A stretch of 64,000 nucleotides of DNA, from positions 1,116,001 through 1,180,000 of the forward strand of contig JAMWBK010000008.1 of assembly GCA_029953675.1 (NCBI GenBank), given 5' to 3'. Below are positions 47,147-59,994 of the stretch, in pieces. The position numbers and the translations under genes are program-made. Position 1 is the stretch's first letter; every line of letters starts with the position of its first letter. This stretch comes from Rhodosorus marinus CCMP1338 (Eukaryota > Plantae > Rhodophyta). Below the pieces are notes generated by a model that was not told where the DNA came from, made no database searches, and was given only the letters and a program-made list of their open reading frames with translations.

Positions 47147-50100
47147 ATGGTTTCCACTGACCAACCGGAAAGGAAGCGTGCTCGTCGGTTGTCCAAGTTA
47201 GCGGCAAATAGTTCAGATGACGCGTATGAAAAGGAACAAGAGGCTGAAGCTGTAGGAAGCGACCCGGAGTATACCGTGGGAGATGATGATATTCTTCCTA
47301 TGCCGAAGCAGGCAATGGTTTGTCCAAACCTGGAACATCCAGAGTTTACTCAAGGTTGCTTTCGGTCTGATCGTTGGCGGTTTCAATCCACTTAGGTACC
47401 TATAGAGCAACAAATCGACGCAGAAGTGGACTATGATATGCTAGATTCTTCTTCACTCGAACTCAAGAAGGACCATGAATCCAGACCTGTTTGGGTGTCC
47501 GCAGATGGCCGAATTATTTTGGAAACATTTTCATCCGTGTACAAGGAGGCGTACGATTTTTTAGTCGCAATCGCTGAACCCGTTTCTCGTCCGGAACTCG
47601 TTCATGAATATCGACTGACGCCGTACTCGTTATATGCTGCGGTGAGTTTACATGGCCCTGATTTCCCAAAGCAAGGCCGAATCAATGATTGTGCGGCCCG
47701 CACGCGTTCTATGTGTAATTGGAGTTTATGTTGAACCCCTCGATCCCGCGTCATGCAGGTCAGTGTCGGGTTGGAGGCGGACAACATTATTAGCGTCTTG
47801 ACCAAGCTGTGCAAAACGACGTTACCTCCGAATATCGTGGATTTCATACGTGATAGCACGAAAACGTATGGAAAGGCCAAGCTAGTCCTGCAGAAGGGCA
47901 AGTATCTAGTCCAAAGCGCAGATACAGAAGTGTTGAAGACGCTCCTTAGCAACAAGATCATTCGCGCTGCGCGCATAGTGAAGTCAAATCCTGGCGACGG
48001 GGAGAAAGAGGATGGTACGGAGGGCAATTTGTTTCCGAAATGCCATCAGTCGGATAGTTCTGTGTGGGAAAATTAACAAACCTTTGCCTTCTCTTCAGGT
48101 CTGATGTCAACGGTAAACACCGAGCAGGACGCAAAGTTCACGTTTGCTGGAGGAGAAACCGCAGTCAACGACCAGACAACATTAAATGCTCTGCAGAAAG
48201 CGCTTGATGACGACGAGGATGAGGAGGAAAGCAGGCAGACTCTAAATGACAAGAAAATCTTTTCGTTTGAGGTATTTGTTATCGAGCCATAGTTCCTCTA
48301 GAGATCTCAATGCTGTTTTTCCGTCATGGGCCACTTAGCACTATCGTTTTCTCACCCAGGTTGCGGGAGAGCAAGTGGAACATGTAAAGCGAGTTTGCAT
48401 AGAACTGGACTATCCGTTGATGGAAGAGTATGATTTCAGGAACGACTCTCTGAACAAATCAGTAGATATGGATCTGAAGCCCATAGCGAAAATTCGACCA
48501 TACCAAGTATGTGCTGGTAATCCTGATTACGTGTGACGCGGCTGGACCACGATTCTTCATTGTCTTACCCCTGTTGTGGTTGCGATAGGAAAAATCGCTT
48601 GCAAAAATGTTTGGGAATGGTCGGGCGAGATCTGGTGTAATCGTGCTACCGTGTGGTGCGGGCAAGTCGCTTACTGGCGTCACGGCTGCATGCACAATAA
48701 GAAAACCCACACTATGCTTGTGCACATCATCCGTCTCCGTTGAGCAATGGCGGTATCAGTTTTCTTTGTGGAGCACGAAACCTCGCGATCAAGTGGGGCG
48801 TTTTGCCGCGGGTATGTCGAACTGTAAAGACCTGTACTAGGTTCGTTGTTTAAGCGCTCTGCTGAGCCATTGTTACTGCTGCCATGCAACCCGTGAACTC
48901 ATGATTCGCTCAGGCGGTGAGAAAGGAAAGAATATTTTCAGTGGCGTGCTGGTCACAACCTACTCTATGATCGCCCACAGTGGGAAAAGAGCCGTGGAGA
49001 CGCAGAAAATGTTGGACAAAATCAAAGACACTGAATGGGGACTTATCCTTCTTGATGAGGTGCATGTAGTTCCAGCGAACATGTTCAGGAAGGTGAGCCT
49101 TCCTTTGGCTGAAACCCGACAACGCTTTCAAGGGTATTGATGCAGTTGCGAAATGGACTCACTGTGTATGGACTAATATTGTTCAATATCGGTATTTTTA
49201 GGTTCTTGGGGTCATCAAGGCTCATTGCAAGCTAGGTCTCACCGCCACCCTGTTGCGAGAGGACCAGAAGATTGGCGATATCAACTTTTTGATCGGACCA
49301 AAGCTGTACGAGGCAAATTGGTGAGCGGTTTCCCATCACTTTTGTTTTTGACCTGTTATGGTGCCTCTGATGTTCATGCGGAGGTTTTGGGCTCACACGG
49401 ACGGATTAGCACGCGTTTTCTTCGATTTACTGAACTTTGCTCCTTTCATAGGTTGGATTTGCAACGAGCTGGTTATCTCGCAACGGTGCATTGTGCGGAG
49501 GTCTGGTGCCCCATGACGGGGGAGTTCTATAGAGAGTACTTGACTCAAACACCGGCGAAGAGGAAGCTCCTATATGCGATGAATCCGAACAAATTTCGCA
49601 TGTGTCAGTACCTTGTTCGATACCACTCTGCAAAGAAGGACAAGATCATTATCTTCTCTGACAACATATTTGCGCTGAAGCAGTATGCGATTCGTCTGAA
49701 CGCGCCATTCATCTACGGGCCGACGACCCAGAAGGAGCGAATGAGGGTGCTCCACCATTTTCAGACTAACAGTGAAGTTAATTGTATATTGCTCTCCAAG
49801 GTTGGGGATACGAGTATTGACATCCCAGAGGCGAACGTGTTGATCCAAGTGAGTTTTTCGCGGCAAGCTCAATTTTGATGAGGAACTATGGTGTTTAAGT
49901 AGCTTGATTTTCTCTTCCATTAGGTCTCTTCACATTTCGGTTCTCGTAGGCAGGAGGCACAGCGTCTTGGCCGTATCCTAAGACCAAAACCAAGGGCTGG
50001 TCAGAACTTCAACGCGTTCTTCTACTCCCTCGTTTCTACGGATACGCAAGAAATGTTCTATTCACAGAAGAGGCAGCAGTTTCTGGTGGACCAGGGCTAT

Positions 50101-50427
50101 AGCTTCAAGATTATTACCCAGCTGGAAGGCATGGATAGGGACGAGACGCTTGACTTTGGGACTAAGGAGAAACAGTTGCTGTTGTTGCAACAGGTTCTGG
50201 CCGCTGACGAAGGGGAGGCCTCGGAGCGGATTGTCGACGAAGACCTTGATCGTATGCAGACTGTCTCCGGAGCTCGGCGTGCAACAGGTTCGCTTGCTGC
50301 CCTCAGCGGTGCAAAGGGTATGAGCTACCGCGAGGTAAACCGAGGACCGGAAGTTCTCGAAGACAGAAAACGTCTTGGCATAGTTAGCAAGAGACACGCT
50401 CTCTTCAGAAAACGAGACAACAAGTAG
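47147..50427 (+). CDS. XPB: TFIIH helicase/translocase XPB (ERCC3/Ssl2), many exons
   Basis: [37 protein letters not shown]|VSVGL, Walker [69 protein letters not shown] and [17 protein letters not shown]. Confidence 0.97.
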
Positions 50428-52185
50428 TCGACTGTGTTCAAAGTGGACTCCGAAATAGCAGAGAGAGCGTGTGCAGCCCAAGCCCACGCCTCAAGACGAC
50501 GAGATCAATCAGACACGGAGCGGGATGCAGCGAGACGTTCCGCATCTGATTATATAAAAATGGCTCTTACACTTCTAATTTCCAAAACGGGACCTCCTCC
50601 TTGTGAGGCTTGATGAAACTTCAAGGATTTCACTGATCAGTTCGTGGGCCAGGCTTCGTTGAGATTTCCAGTTTTCTGATGTCTCCCATTGTTATCGACT
50701 CCATATGTCTTCGTGCTTTATAGTGGAGCAGCCGAATAACTTCGAATCGGAAAACTCGAGCGATCTGCGCTAGAAGTCTGAAATTGAACTGTCCGCTTCA
50801 GATGGGCAACCATCTGGAGCAGTTGCTCGCGTTAAAATACAAGAGTTTCACGGTCAAAGTTGTTGCTGACAGTCAAGCAAGTCGCCATAGATGCTCCGGA
50901 AACGAGTAACATTGGCCTTTTTGGACCGGGGGGGCCGGCAGTGATTACCGCCCGGAAACTCGGCGGAGATGGTATCACATACAATGATAAGATCACTGTG
51001 ATGTGATCATCATCAAAGAGCGCATCAGTCAAGATGAGCACAGATAGCTTCTGGGAACGAGAGAGCAGTAACAGCCTGGTTTCCTGAACTACAACAGCTG
51101 TACTAGACGCCACTGAGCTCGAATTCTACATGAGTGATAGACCAGCCCAGCAGTCTCTATCAACCCGAGAAAAAATGCAGGCAGCGCTGAGTCATACTAT
51201 GCACGATTGGTACTTGGATCAGGCTGCGCAGGTATGTGTAGTAGAATACCTGCAGCCTGCAACTTCGGAGCGCTCAGCAAACCAGCTCCGGTCATTCCCT
51301 CTACCGGAACTGACCCGAGCTGGCAAGGGCACGGTCCAATCAATTTAGGCCCCTAGAAACAAAAACAGAAAATTAATTTTCAACTATTCAATCATTTTCT
51401 TTTCGTCGGCGATATTTGGTTGAATAATAAGAGAAAAATCTCATACCCGAAAGAAGGGAGTCAAGCTGACCGGCCTGAGGGGGGATTCCATGAGGGAATG
51501 CTAGATGAGCGCTCCACTTCAATTTTCAGGGTTTCACCGCGAGATCTCATCTGTGTCTATGTCATCCGGAGATTCATTGTACTGGGGGGGTGCAATAATG
51601 CACATTTGGACGTACAGAATTTTGCTCCTTAAATTTACGTTTTTCATTTTGCCTGGAAAGAATTATATTAAAAATTAACTCGAATAGATTGATTATGCTT
51701 TTGTAAAGACTGAATATTGTTTGATTTAGAAGAAATTCGATATTCAGTCATTATCATTTTGTTTTTGGGATGATCCCCTGAATGGTGGACGCCTATTCTG
51801 TTTCAGAAAACGCGTACAAGGCGTGCTAATGTAAGGGGTGCGTTCCAGAGGGAGTTTCGGGACGGGGGCTTCATGGGCTACCGGGTTCACGGTGGCTGGT
51901 GTATTTCAAATCAGGAGGCTCGTGGGAGGGGTTGGGCTTTTTGGGAGAAGGCTGTAAGAGCTGGGACAAAGTTAGGTTGCTCAGAGGTCATTACGTGGAG
52001 AGGTTCTGTATCCAAGGGTGGTTTGTGGAATGGTTGCTCTGTTGTGCTGATTTGCGATAGAGTTGCTGGCCGCCTGGAGTTCCTTGCTGAGTTTTATTGA
52101 CCAGTTAGGAAGAAAAGGAGGGTTGCTGTTGGTGAGCTTTCGAGATCGGATTGTAGGGAGGGACACCCTAGTGGTTGAGGCGGAG

Positions 52186-54507
52186 ATGGCGTTTGTGCCT
52201 TCGTTATGGACTGGTTTGAGGGTCGATGCGGAAAGTATCATGGTAAGCAGACGGCGAGGAAACGCCTCCAATCTGAAAGGGATAAGATGTAGGATGGAGT
52301 CAGCTGAACCTGCAGTAGAGACGGAGGAAGTCAACTCGGATCCGAAGGGTGAGTGATAAATTGATCCGCTGCTGACGCAGTGTACTGACCAAACAGACCC
52401 GCGGCAGGGGATCTGTACCCTGTTTTGAAACGCCCATACGGGATCCAGCTGGGGTACAGTTAAGCTGATCAGCATTCGATGAACCGCGCAATCACTCAGG
52501 ACTTGTGAGAATAAAGCGCGTGCTTGTGTCGGTTTCTGATAAAACCAGTATCGTGAACTTGTGTCAATTCCTTACTGGCATCGGAGTGGAAGTCATTTCT
52601 ACTGGCGGATCAGCGAAAATCTTGATGGAGAACGGCGTCGCAGTAACAGAGGTGACGTGAAATCGCGCTAGAAGCGATCAGTTGACTGAGATGACTTCCT
52701 CTCGAAGGACGATGAGTCTATCCCAACTATCGTTTTGGAGCATTTTGCACTAACCACTTTCAATTAACCCCTCCATCTCAATCCGCAGGTGTCTGACTAT
52801 ACGCAGTTTCCGGAGTTGCTGGATGGAAGGTTGAAAACTCTCAATCCGAAAATCCACGGGGGGCTGTTGGGAATTCGCGGGAACGAGGAGCACCTGCAGG
52901 CGATGGCCGAGCACGGGATATTGCCTATCGATGCGTGCGTTGTAAACCTGTATCCTTTTGAAGAGACTGTAAACTCAGGCGAAGACTTTGGAACGTGCGT
53001 GGAGAACATTGACGTTGGTGGTCCAGCAATGATTCGAGCTGCCGCGAAGAATTTTAAGTCTGTTACCGTGGTCACTGAAGTGGACCAGTACGCGGAGCTG
53101 CTAACTGAGCTTGCAGAGAACGACGGATGTACAACGCTCGCGCTTCGGGAGAAATACGCGGGAGCAGCTTACGCGAGGACGGCAGTTTATGACGCAAATA
53201 TAGCGAGCTGGTTCTCTATGCAGGGAGAAGAGCACTTTCCGGAAAGACTGGTTATCAGCGGCATACTCAAGCAGAGGCTTAGGTACGGGGAAAATCCCCA
53301 CCAGGTACGGTTTGCTCCTTTGGACGATGTGCTAGCCAGAACGCGTGATCAGCCGAAGAGTATCATGTTCTCATTCCGTGGCTGCTTGATCAAATCGTCA
53401 TCCTTTTCTGTGTCGGTTGACAGAGAGCAGCCTTCTACGTTTCGGATGGTCCAAAGAGGCTTGGGGCGGCGACTTCGGAGATCATTCAGGGAAAGGAGCT
53501 AAGCTACAATAACATTGCTGACACAGATGCTGCGTGGGAGTTAGTTTGTGAGTTCAACGAGCCCGCAGTTGCAATAATCAAGCACGCGAACCCTTGCGGC
53601 GCAGCTGTTGGAGTTAACCCGATGGATGCCTACATAAGGGCTCTCGCGTGCGACCCAATATCGGCGTTTGGCGGAATAGTCGCGTTCAACAGGACACTAG
53701 ACAAGGACGCTGCCGAGGAAGTTATCAAAACTTTCACCGAAGTAGTGATTGCTCCAGATTCCACGGCGGAGGCTCTACAAGTGCTCAGCCAGAAAAAGAA
53801 CTTGCGAGTATTGTTGACTGGTGGTATTCCTGCAGACGAGCCGGGCTGGACAGTGAAGTCTGTAGCGAGCGGATACCTCGTCCAAGATCGCGATGCTGGA
53901 AGCGTCACGGAAGCACAGCTACAGATTGTCACAAAGCGTGCGCCGACGGCCCAGGAGATAACTGATATGCTGTTCGCGTGGAAAGTGAGCTTCAGCAGTT
54001 CCGCAGCGCTCACATTTTGGTTTGGTCGTGTTCCTCATGATATGGCGTTTTTTGATGTCGGTTTTTGATACTGTTTCTTTAGGTTTGCAAATACGTCAAG
54101 TCAAACGCGATCGTATTTGCAAAGGATGGATCCACTGTAGGCCAAGGGGCCGGTCAGATGAGCCGCGTGGATTCCGCTCGTATAGCAGCACTGAAGGCGA
54201 AGGAGACTTCTGAAGCAGCTCAGGTATGGATTCGCCTCGGGTTAGGTCACGTGGAAGTAGCATTCGTACATACTGACCTGTGGGGCTCTTTGAGGGGATG
54301 CAGGAGGAAGAAGTAAGAACCAAAGGATCTGTCGCAGCATCAGATGCTTTCTTTCCTTTCCCGGACGGTGTGGAAGTTTGTGCGGATGCTGGAGCGACTG
54401 CGATCATCCAACCTGGGGGCTCGAAGAGGGATGAGGAGGTTATTGCAGCGGCCGATGCACGGGGAATGACCATGGTTTTCACAGAAATGCGTCACTTCAG
54501 ACATTAG
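52186..54507 (+). CDS. purH: Bifunctional AICAR transformylase/IMP cyclohydrolase with an N-terminal plastid transit peptide, 6 exons
   Basis: MAFVPSLW... transit-like exon, then [93 protein letters not shown] and RHFRH*. Confidence 0.96.
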
Positions 54508-55748
54508 AAGATGGCCGCCACACATTGCGACGAATGTCGCGTATTTTCGCTGACCTCAATATCTGGACTACTAGGAGATCGCCGACATCTGCGCTTGGAG
54601 CCTTTTTTTTGTTGGCTGTCTAGTCAACATTTTTGGGGGAGGAAATGAAAAGCGTCTGAGGGCGTCTTTGTTGTACTGAAGCGGAAGGAAGAACTATGCA
54701 AACTGTACAAAGTTGATCTCAACGAGCAAGAGCCTCGTGAGCGGAAAGCTCGACTGTCGAGTATGGGTTTTCCTCCGTTGTTTTTCTTTGTGAAGATTCT
54801 ACAGTTTTAACTAGTCAACAGTACGCGATTGGTTACCGCAGCTGGTCGGTTGAGCAAATAACAGTGTTCAGCATTAGAGCGGGATGAGGGAACAAGTAAC
54901 AAAACACAGGAACATTAAAGCAGTGCAAGAGCATTACAAGCAGGCGAAGTACTCATTTGCTAGTTTAAGTCCTCAGCTTGGTTTCGCTTTCTCAATCCAA
55001 TGGACCAACCCGAGTTTCTCCGTAGATTCGGGATTCCGCTCGTTCTCATCACCGTGCTGGATAGCTTACGGGAATCTTGACGCTTTTAGAGCGATGTTGC
55101 AATCAGCAGCAGTCAGCAACACAAACTCATTGCTCTCGTTGTGATCAGCAGATGGTAGTGCCGTGCTCATGAAGGAGAGTACTTTGACAGGCTCGCAGCT
55201 TAGCCAATGTGCAGCTTGGTCCACTCCTTTGTTCGATCAGAAACTCCCTCATGCCGTTCGGCCGCCGGGTCAACTGCTTCGCACCTTGATGTGATTCTAA
55301 GGAGCATTTCAAAAGGAAGGATTTTTAGCTCGGCTACTGTTTCCACTGGGCAGTTGGTCTTCCTTTTACTTACTTCAAACTACCCCAAAACAGCCACGCG
55401 GGCCAGCCGGTGATATTTAGGCTGTTTGCTCCTAAATACAGAAACAAACTCGATAGCTCATAAGTCTGGAAAATCCGACTGGTTAGCACTGCTATAACTC
55501 CGTTCCTGACTAGATCAGCCGTTCACGGCTCCGCCTGTTTCCTTCCGAGCCTTGCAGACTCCGTTTGATTCCCCGCACGGATCGTGGTCGTCTGGGTTTT
55601 TGGCTTCGAGCGTTCCTGGCTGTTTCCTGTGCGCGGGTTGCATCAGCTTGCGAGGGTTTGAACGTTGCTTCGCGTGCTGTGGTACGATGATAATCGTCGC
55701 CAAATCTTGGGTTTGAAAAGGGATAGGAGAAACCTTCGCTTGCTACTG

Positions 55749-56423
55749 ATGGAGCCACAGCAACCGAATGTTTTAGTAACGGGAACACCTGGTGTTGGGA
55801 AAACTACCCTCGCGAAAAAACTCGCAGAGCAAGAATCGATGAAATTCGTGGACGTTGGAAAGTATGCGATTAAGAATCAATTAACGGACGGCTACGATGA
55901 CGAGCGGGCTTGTCACGTCTTGGACGAAGACAAGGTGAGAGACGGACATTCCTCTCGCCACTCCAGAGGTGTAGATCTACTTCTCCTCACGCCAACACGC
56001 TTCTCGGATTAGGTCCTTGACGCACTGGAGGATCTGATGGTCAAAGGAGGAGTTGTAGTCGATTACCATAGTCCTGAGTGGTTTCCTGAGAGATGGTTTT
56101 CCGTGGTGGTTGTTCCTAGATGCTCAAATGGTGAGTTCATATTCCTACTCTTGGTAGTTCGTAGACCCTCGAGGTTTCTCAGCGTTTTTGGTTCTTGCGT
56201 GAATAATTTACCAGGAGTGCTTTATGAACGACTTTCGAAGAGGGACTACTCGCAAGCAAAACTGCAAGAAAATCTGGAATGTGAGATAATGCAGGTAATC
56301 CTTGATGATGTCAAGGAATACTATCCGAAGGCTTTCATTGTGGATGGACTTCACGAGACAGAGCAGGAAACGCAGGAACTCATCCAACGGATAACCACTT
56401 ACATTTCAGCGGGCAGAGCTTAG
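55749..56423 (+). CDS. AK6: Adenylate kinase 6 / Fap7 / hCINAP, 170 aa, 3 exons (55749-55934, 56013-56130, 56215-56423)
   Basis: PNVLVTGTPGVGKTT, VVDYH, FPERWF, LYERLSKRDY and KLQENLECEIMQV. Exons sum to 513 nt, in frame. Confidence 0.93.
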
Positions 56424-56429
56424 AAAGAA

Positions 56430-58832
56430 GAAGCTATGAACTGCTAGGTACGGCGTCGACCCCCCCTCCCACTCATGAGACCTAGAAATGGAATTCCATA
56501 TAGTACGCTGGTGCACCGCTGACCTCTGGTCCTCTTGCAGCCGTACGGGCCTTAATATGTCCACTCTTGATTCCGCAGCGGACGGGGTGAAATGGAGCAA
56601 ACCGTGAGATGGCCTGCTTCCACTCTCAAAGACGAGATAATGGCTTGACCCTGTGAAAGCGCTTCCGTAAGTGTTTGGAAACGAATCTATTCCCGACATA
56701 TTGTTTCAAGACCTGATCGAAACAAGCACCAGTGTACGGTGTAATACAATTTACAGCACAGAGCTTCTGTTGTGCGCGGGGGTGGGGGGGGGGGAGGCCG
56801 CGACCATTTCGCAAGGCAGATTATGGCTCTCTCGGGCTATCTGAATCGAATATCTCCCAAATCGTATGTTTGCTTGTGCTTCTCGATGGCACGAGCACCT
56901 TATAGCCCACCCCCACCCAAAATATTCACTCCCCTCCCGCCCACTTTCAGTGAAGTCGTTTTTCATTGACAGTTCTGAGCCAATTCAGTGCAACCCTAAT
57001 TCAGTACTTTTTCTGTTTAATAAAAAAAACTGGAAGTGTGTTTCAGTTTCAGTTTGACTGATAAAAATGTTCGGAAAACCCTGTTCTGTGCTCTTTTGGA
57101 CCAAACCGAGTCTTGCTGAAACTACTCTAGCGCTCCGATGCCAGAGCGTATCAGCATCTTTGCTCTAGCTACACAGCTCAGATCTTGGAACTGCCACTGT
57201 AGATCGATATGAGTGAACCCTCTGCGAAAACGTCGCTGCCAGACCCCGCAAACTTACTCCTTTCTAGAGCTTGATGTTCTGCAGGGACCGCAAGCTGGCA
57301 AAAGCGTTGAAGAGTTAGATTGTAGAGGTTCCGCTAGGCTACCTCGAGTTGTAACGGGTTCTTACCACAATGACGGCATGGCAGTCTCACAGCCAGGAAA
57401 CCCACGCAAATTCCCCAGAAACGAGAAATTCACGTGAAGCTCATGCTGGAACTGATTCAGCACAATCTCATTGAAACACATGGGCTGCAGCGTTCTTTGC
57501 TCCGAGCGCATAGCTATAGTAGCCGAAGAGGTACCCTGCATTCTGAATTCGCAGAGGGAAAACATCGATTCGCAAGGCTTTCACACATGGTGGGACTGGA
57601 TGGAGCTTTTCTCGGCGCGAACTATAAGAGTGAGCTTGAATGCGATAGGCATTTTTTCACCTCAGACCTCGAACACAGGTGAGTTTTCTAATTTGCACTA
57701 GAAACCCATGACCGTAAATTTTACGGTGCCACCCAGCCAAGTGTTGGACGCGAGACCAGGACGAGCAAAGCGGGCTTTTTCAACCCAAACGAGTCGAAAA
57801 CGCAGGCGCGTAGGAATCTCCTATTCCCCTCATTATTCCCCACGAATTTCCGACCAGCCCGCGAAAACAACCATGTATTAGTTGATCCCGCAAAAAAAGC
57901 CAAACGGCCAACGGTTTTCACTGTTTCTCCACTTTGGGGTGGGGTGCGGAATATCGAAAAACGCTCCTCATTTGACCCTTATAATCGTTGTAAGGGCGAT
58001 TATACTATCAACGCACGATCTGTTCCAGTAAATCCCAGTGCATGCGAACACATGTCCAGATAGAAAAGGGTATGAAACGAAGTTCAAGAAAGCGGGAAGA
58101 ACTCGAACGCTGGGCGATCAGATTGCTGAGTTCCGCCCTCGGTCGAAAAGATACGTGAGTACGCGTTTATCATTATCATTAGTACTACTGACTTTGACCT
58201 TACGTGTACCTGAAGAGAACACGTCCAGAAAGTACCTCATGATTTTTTGGGAACCGGAGCTTGTTTTGGGAGGAAGGAAATAAACGCCTGCGAAATTTCG
58301 CCCTTTTCGACTTGGTGTTTGTGTCTCATTGCCCACGGAGATACCAGCGTTTTCAGAGAGGAAATCGAGCTGCTTTCGCATATCTCAGCCTGAGAGGTAA
58401 ATATCCATTTTTGTTCGTCCTACTGACTCGGGTCGCTCTTATCTTCCTGTAAGCAACAAGTTTCTACTTGAACAGATGGCTGAAACTTGGGCTCTTGCAG
58501 CAATGTGTGCGTGTGACCGCAGTCGCAGTCGGACCTTGACAAAGTTCTGCGTCCTGACGAATCATGCCAAGTAGCAAAGGTCCGCTGAGAGCTCCTAATA
58601 CTGATACGGTGTGTGCCGCCTCGATGATCCCCTTTTCTGGGCAGTGTGGATGACAATCGACATTCTGTTTTGCAAAAACATCTGGGTGGGTTGAAATTTT
58701 TGAAAGTATTTTAGATTTTGGGCAAGCGGAACTGCTGAAAAGAACAAAACCAGATATCCTGGCATTTCTAGACTCTTGTGAGCTGCAGGACCTAAATTTG
58801 GGGCTCATTCTTTCCTTTCCGATGACTTTCAA
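56430..58832 (-). other. Region with coding-like minus-strand segments and plausible splice sites; probably one or more unresolved multi-exon genes
   Basis: Segments such as PDVFAKQNVDCHPHCPEKGIIEAAH, AELSNLIAQR...WTCVRMHWDLLEQI|GTGCGT and CFNEIVLNQFQHELH|GTGAAT. No family recognised. Confidence 0.25.
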
Positions 58833-59535
58833 TCCATTTATTGATAAAAATACATCTGCCCGCTAAGTTACGTTCAACCAAGGGGCGGTCGGTGGGGGGG
58901 TTGAAAGTATTTCGAGCTGGGAAAAATAACAGTAAAGACTAGTTAAGTGTCGCACGTGAGAAACGGGTGAGCCCAACCCAAAAGCCTCCCTTGGTTTGGA
59001 ATATCCACTTTTTAATCAATTCGAGATACCCTACGATTTCCTGCACTGTGTGTGGACAACACAAACGGAAATCCTCAGCTAGCAAGGACTAAAGCCAGCC
59101 AGAAGCAACGCTGGCTACAAAATATCCGAAGGCGTGGTGATCAGCGGCACAAACCGATGGGACAGCGGGGAGCGCAGAGCGCCGAAAGGCTGGGTAAGTC
59201 ATCGCCTCAGAGTACTAGGACTCCCCAAGCATCGCATTGAGCCCGCAGCGTCATCCCGAGGAACCTGGGTCACGAGCTTGGAACGCTCGAATCGTATACC
59301 CTCAGACCATGAGTGCGTCGTTGGGTGTCTTGTTGGACGCTCATAGGGACCTCGCGTTTTAGATCGAAATCTTCTTATGCGATTTGTCTCTGTACGAAAG
59401 CCGCTCCTTAACGGGATACGAATCTTAGTCAGATATTGGCTCTCCGCTACGAACTATTCGTCATACGCCCTCTGAATCGTAAAAGCCACTTGGCAAGGTG
59501 ACACCGATATTATTCAAGCAGGATCTCGACCATTC

Positions 59536-59994
59536 TCAAGCTGTTTTGCACTCTGAGAAGCCACCATACGAGCACGCTTTTGGAGCGAAGGGAAAAACAT
59601 AACCGTAGACCGATGCAATAGGTGATAGAGGAAGGGGTGGGGTGGAATGCCTGTCTTCATAGCTTCCGAAACGCGCGTTGAGATGCCAACTGCTGAGACC
59701 CAATGTTGCTGCGAGCGGTGTCGCATCTGGAACGGAACGCTGACGAGCGTGGAACTGGGATCCTTTTGGAGGTGGCAGCTCGTTCTGGGAAGTCCTATCT
59801 GTACTGCCAACGATACGATCCCCGTGGCTCAGATGATCAACTGTGTTTGAGCTATATCCATTGGCACAGCTGTCCCCGAGCATCCGTTCGTCAGTCCGTA
59901 GGAATGCAACCCGTGCTCTAGCTGAGTGAGCGTTCAACTCATTAGCGTTGTATCTCTCTGGATTCTTTCGATGAACTTTCCAATGTGGTTCCAC
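59536..59994 (-). CDS. Hypothetical protein (possibly the first exon of a longer gene)
   Basis: 152-codon ORF (start codon not ATG); no recognisable domain. Confidence 0.3.
   Translation of the reverse strand: MEPHWKVHRKNPERYNANELNAHSARARVAFLRTDERMLGDSCANGYSSNTVDHLSHGDRIVGSTDRTSQNELPPPKGSQFHARQRSVPDATPLAATLGLSSWHLNARFGSYEDRHSTPPLPLSPIASVYGYVFPFAPKACSYGGFSECKTA

Noticed and set aside
50800-51348. Coding-like plus-strand segment (…ELEFYMSDRPAQQ…DQAAQ|GTATGT)
   Set aside because: Possibly a small spliced gene, but the start and upstream exons could not be resolved and no family was recognised.
54560-55420. Coding-like minus-strand fragments between purH and AK6
   Set aside because: No consistent exon chain or motif.
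56101-56130. AK6 VVVVPRC where homologues usually have VxVLR
   Set aside because: A single substitution that could be natural variation or a sequencing error; not interpretable without an alignment.
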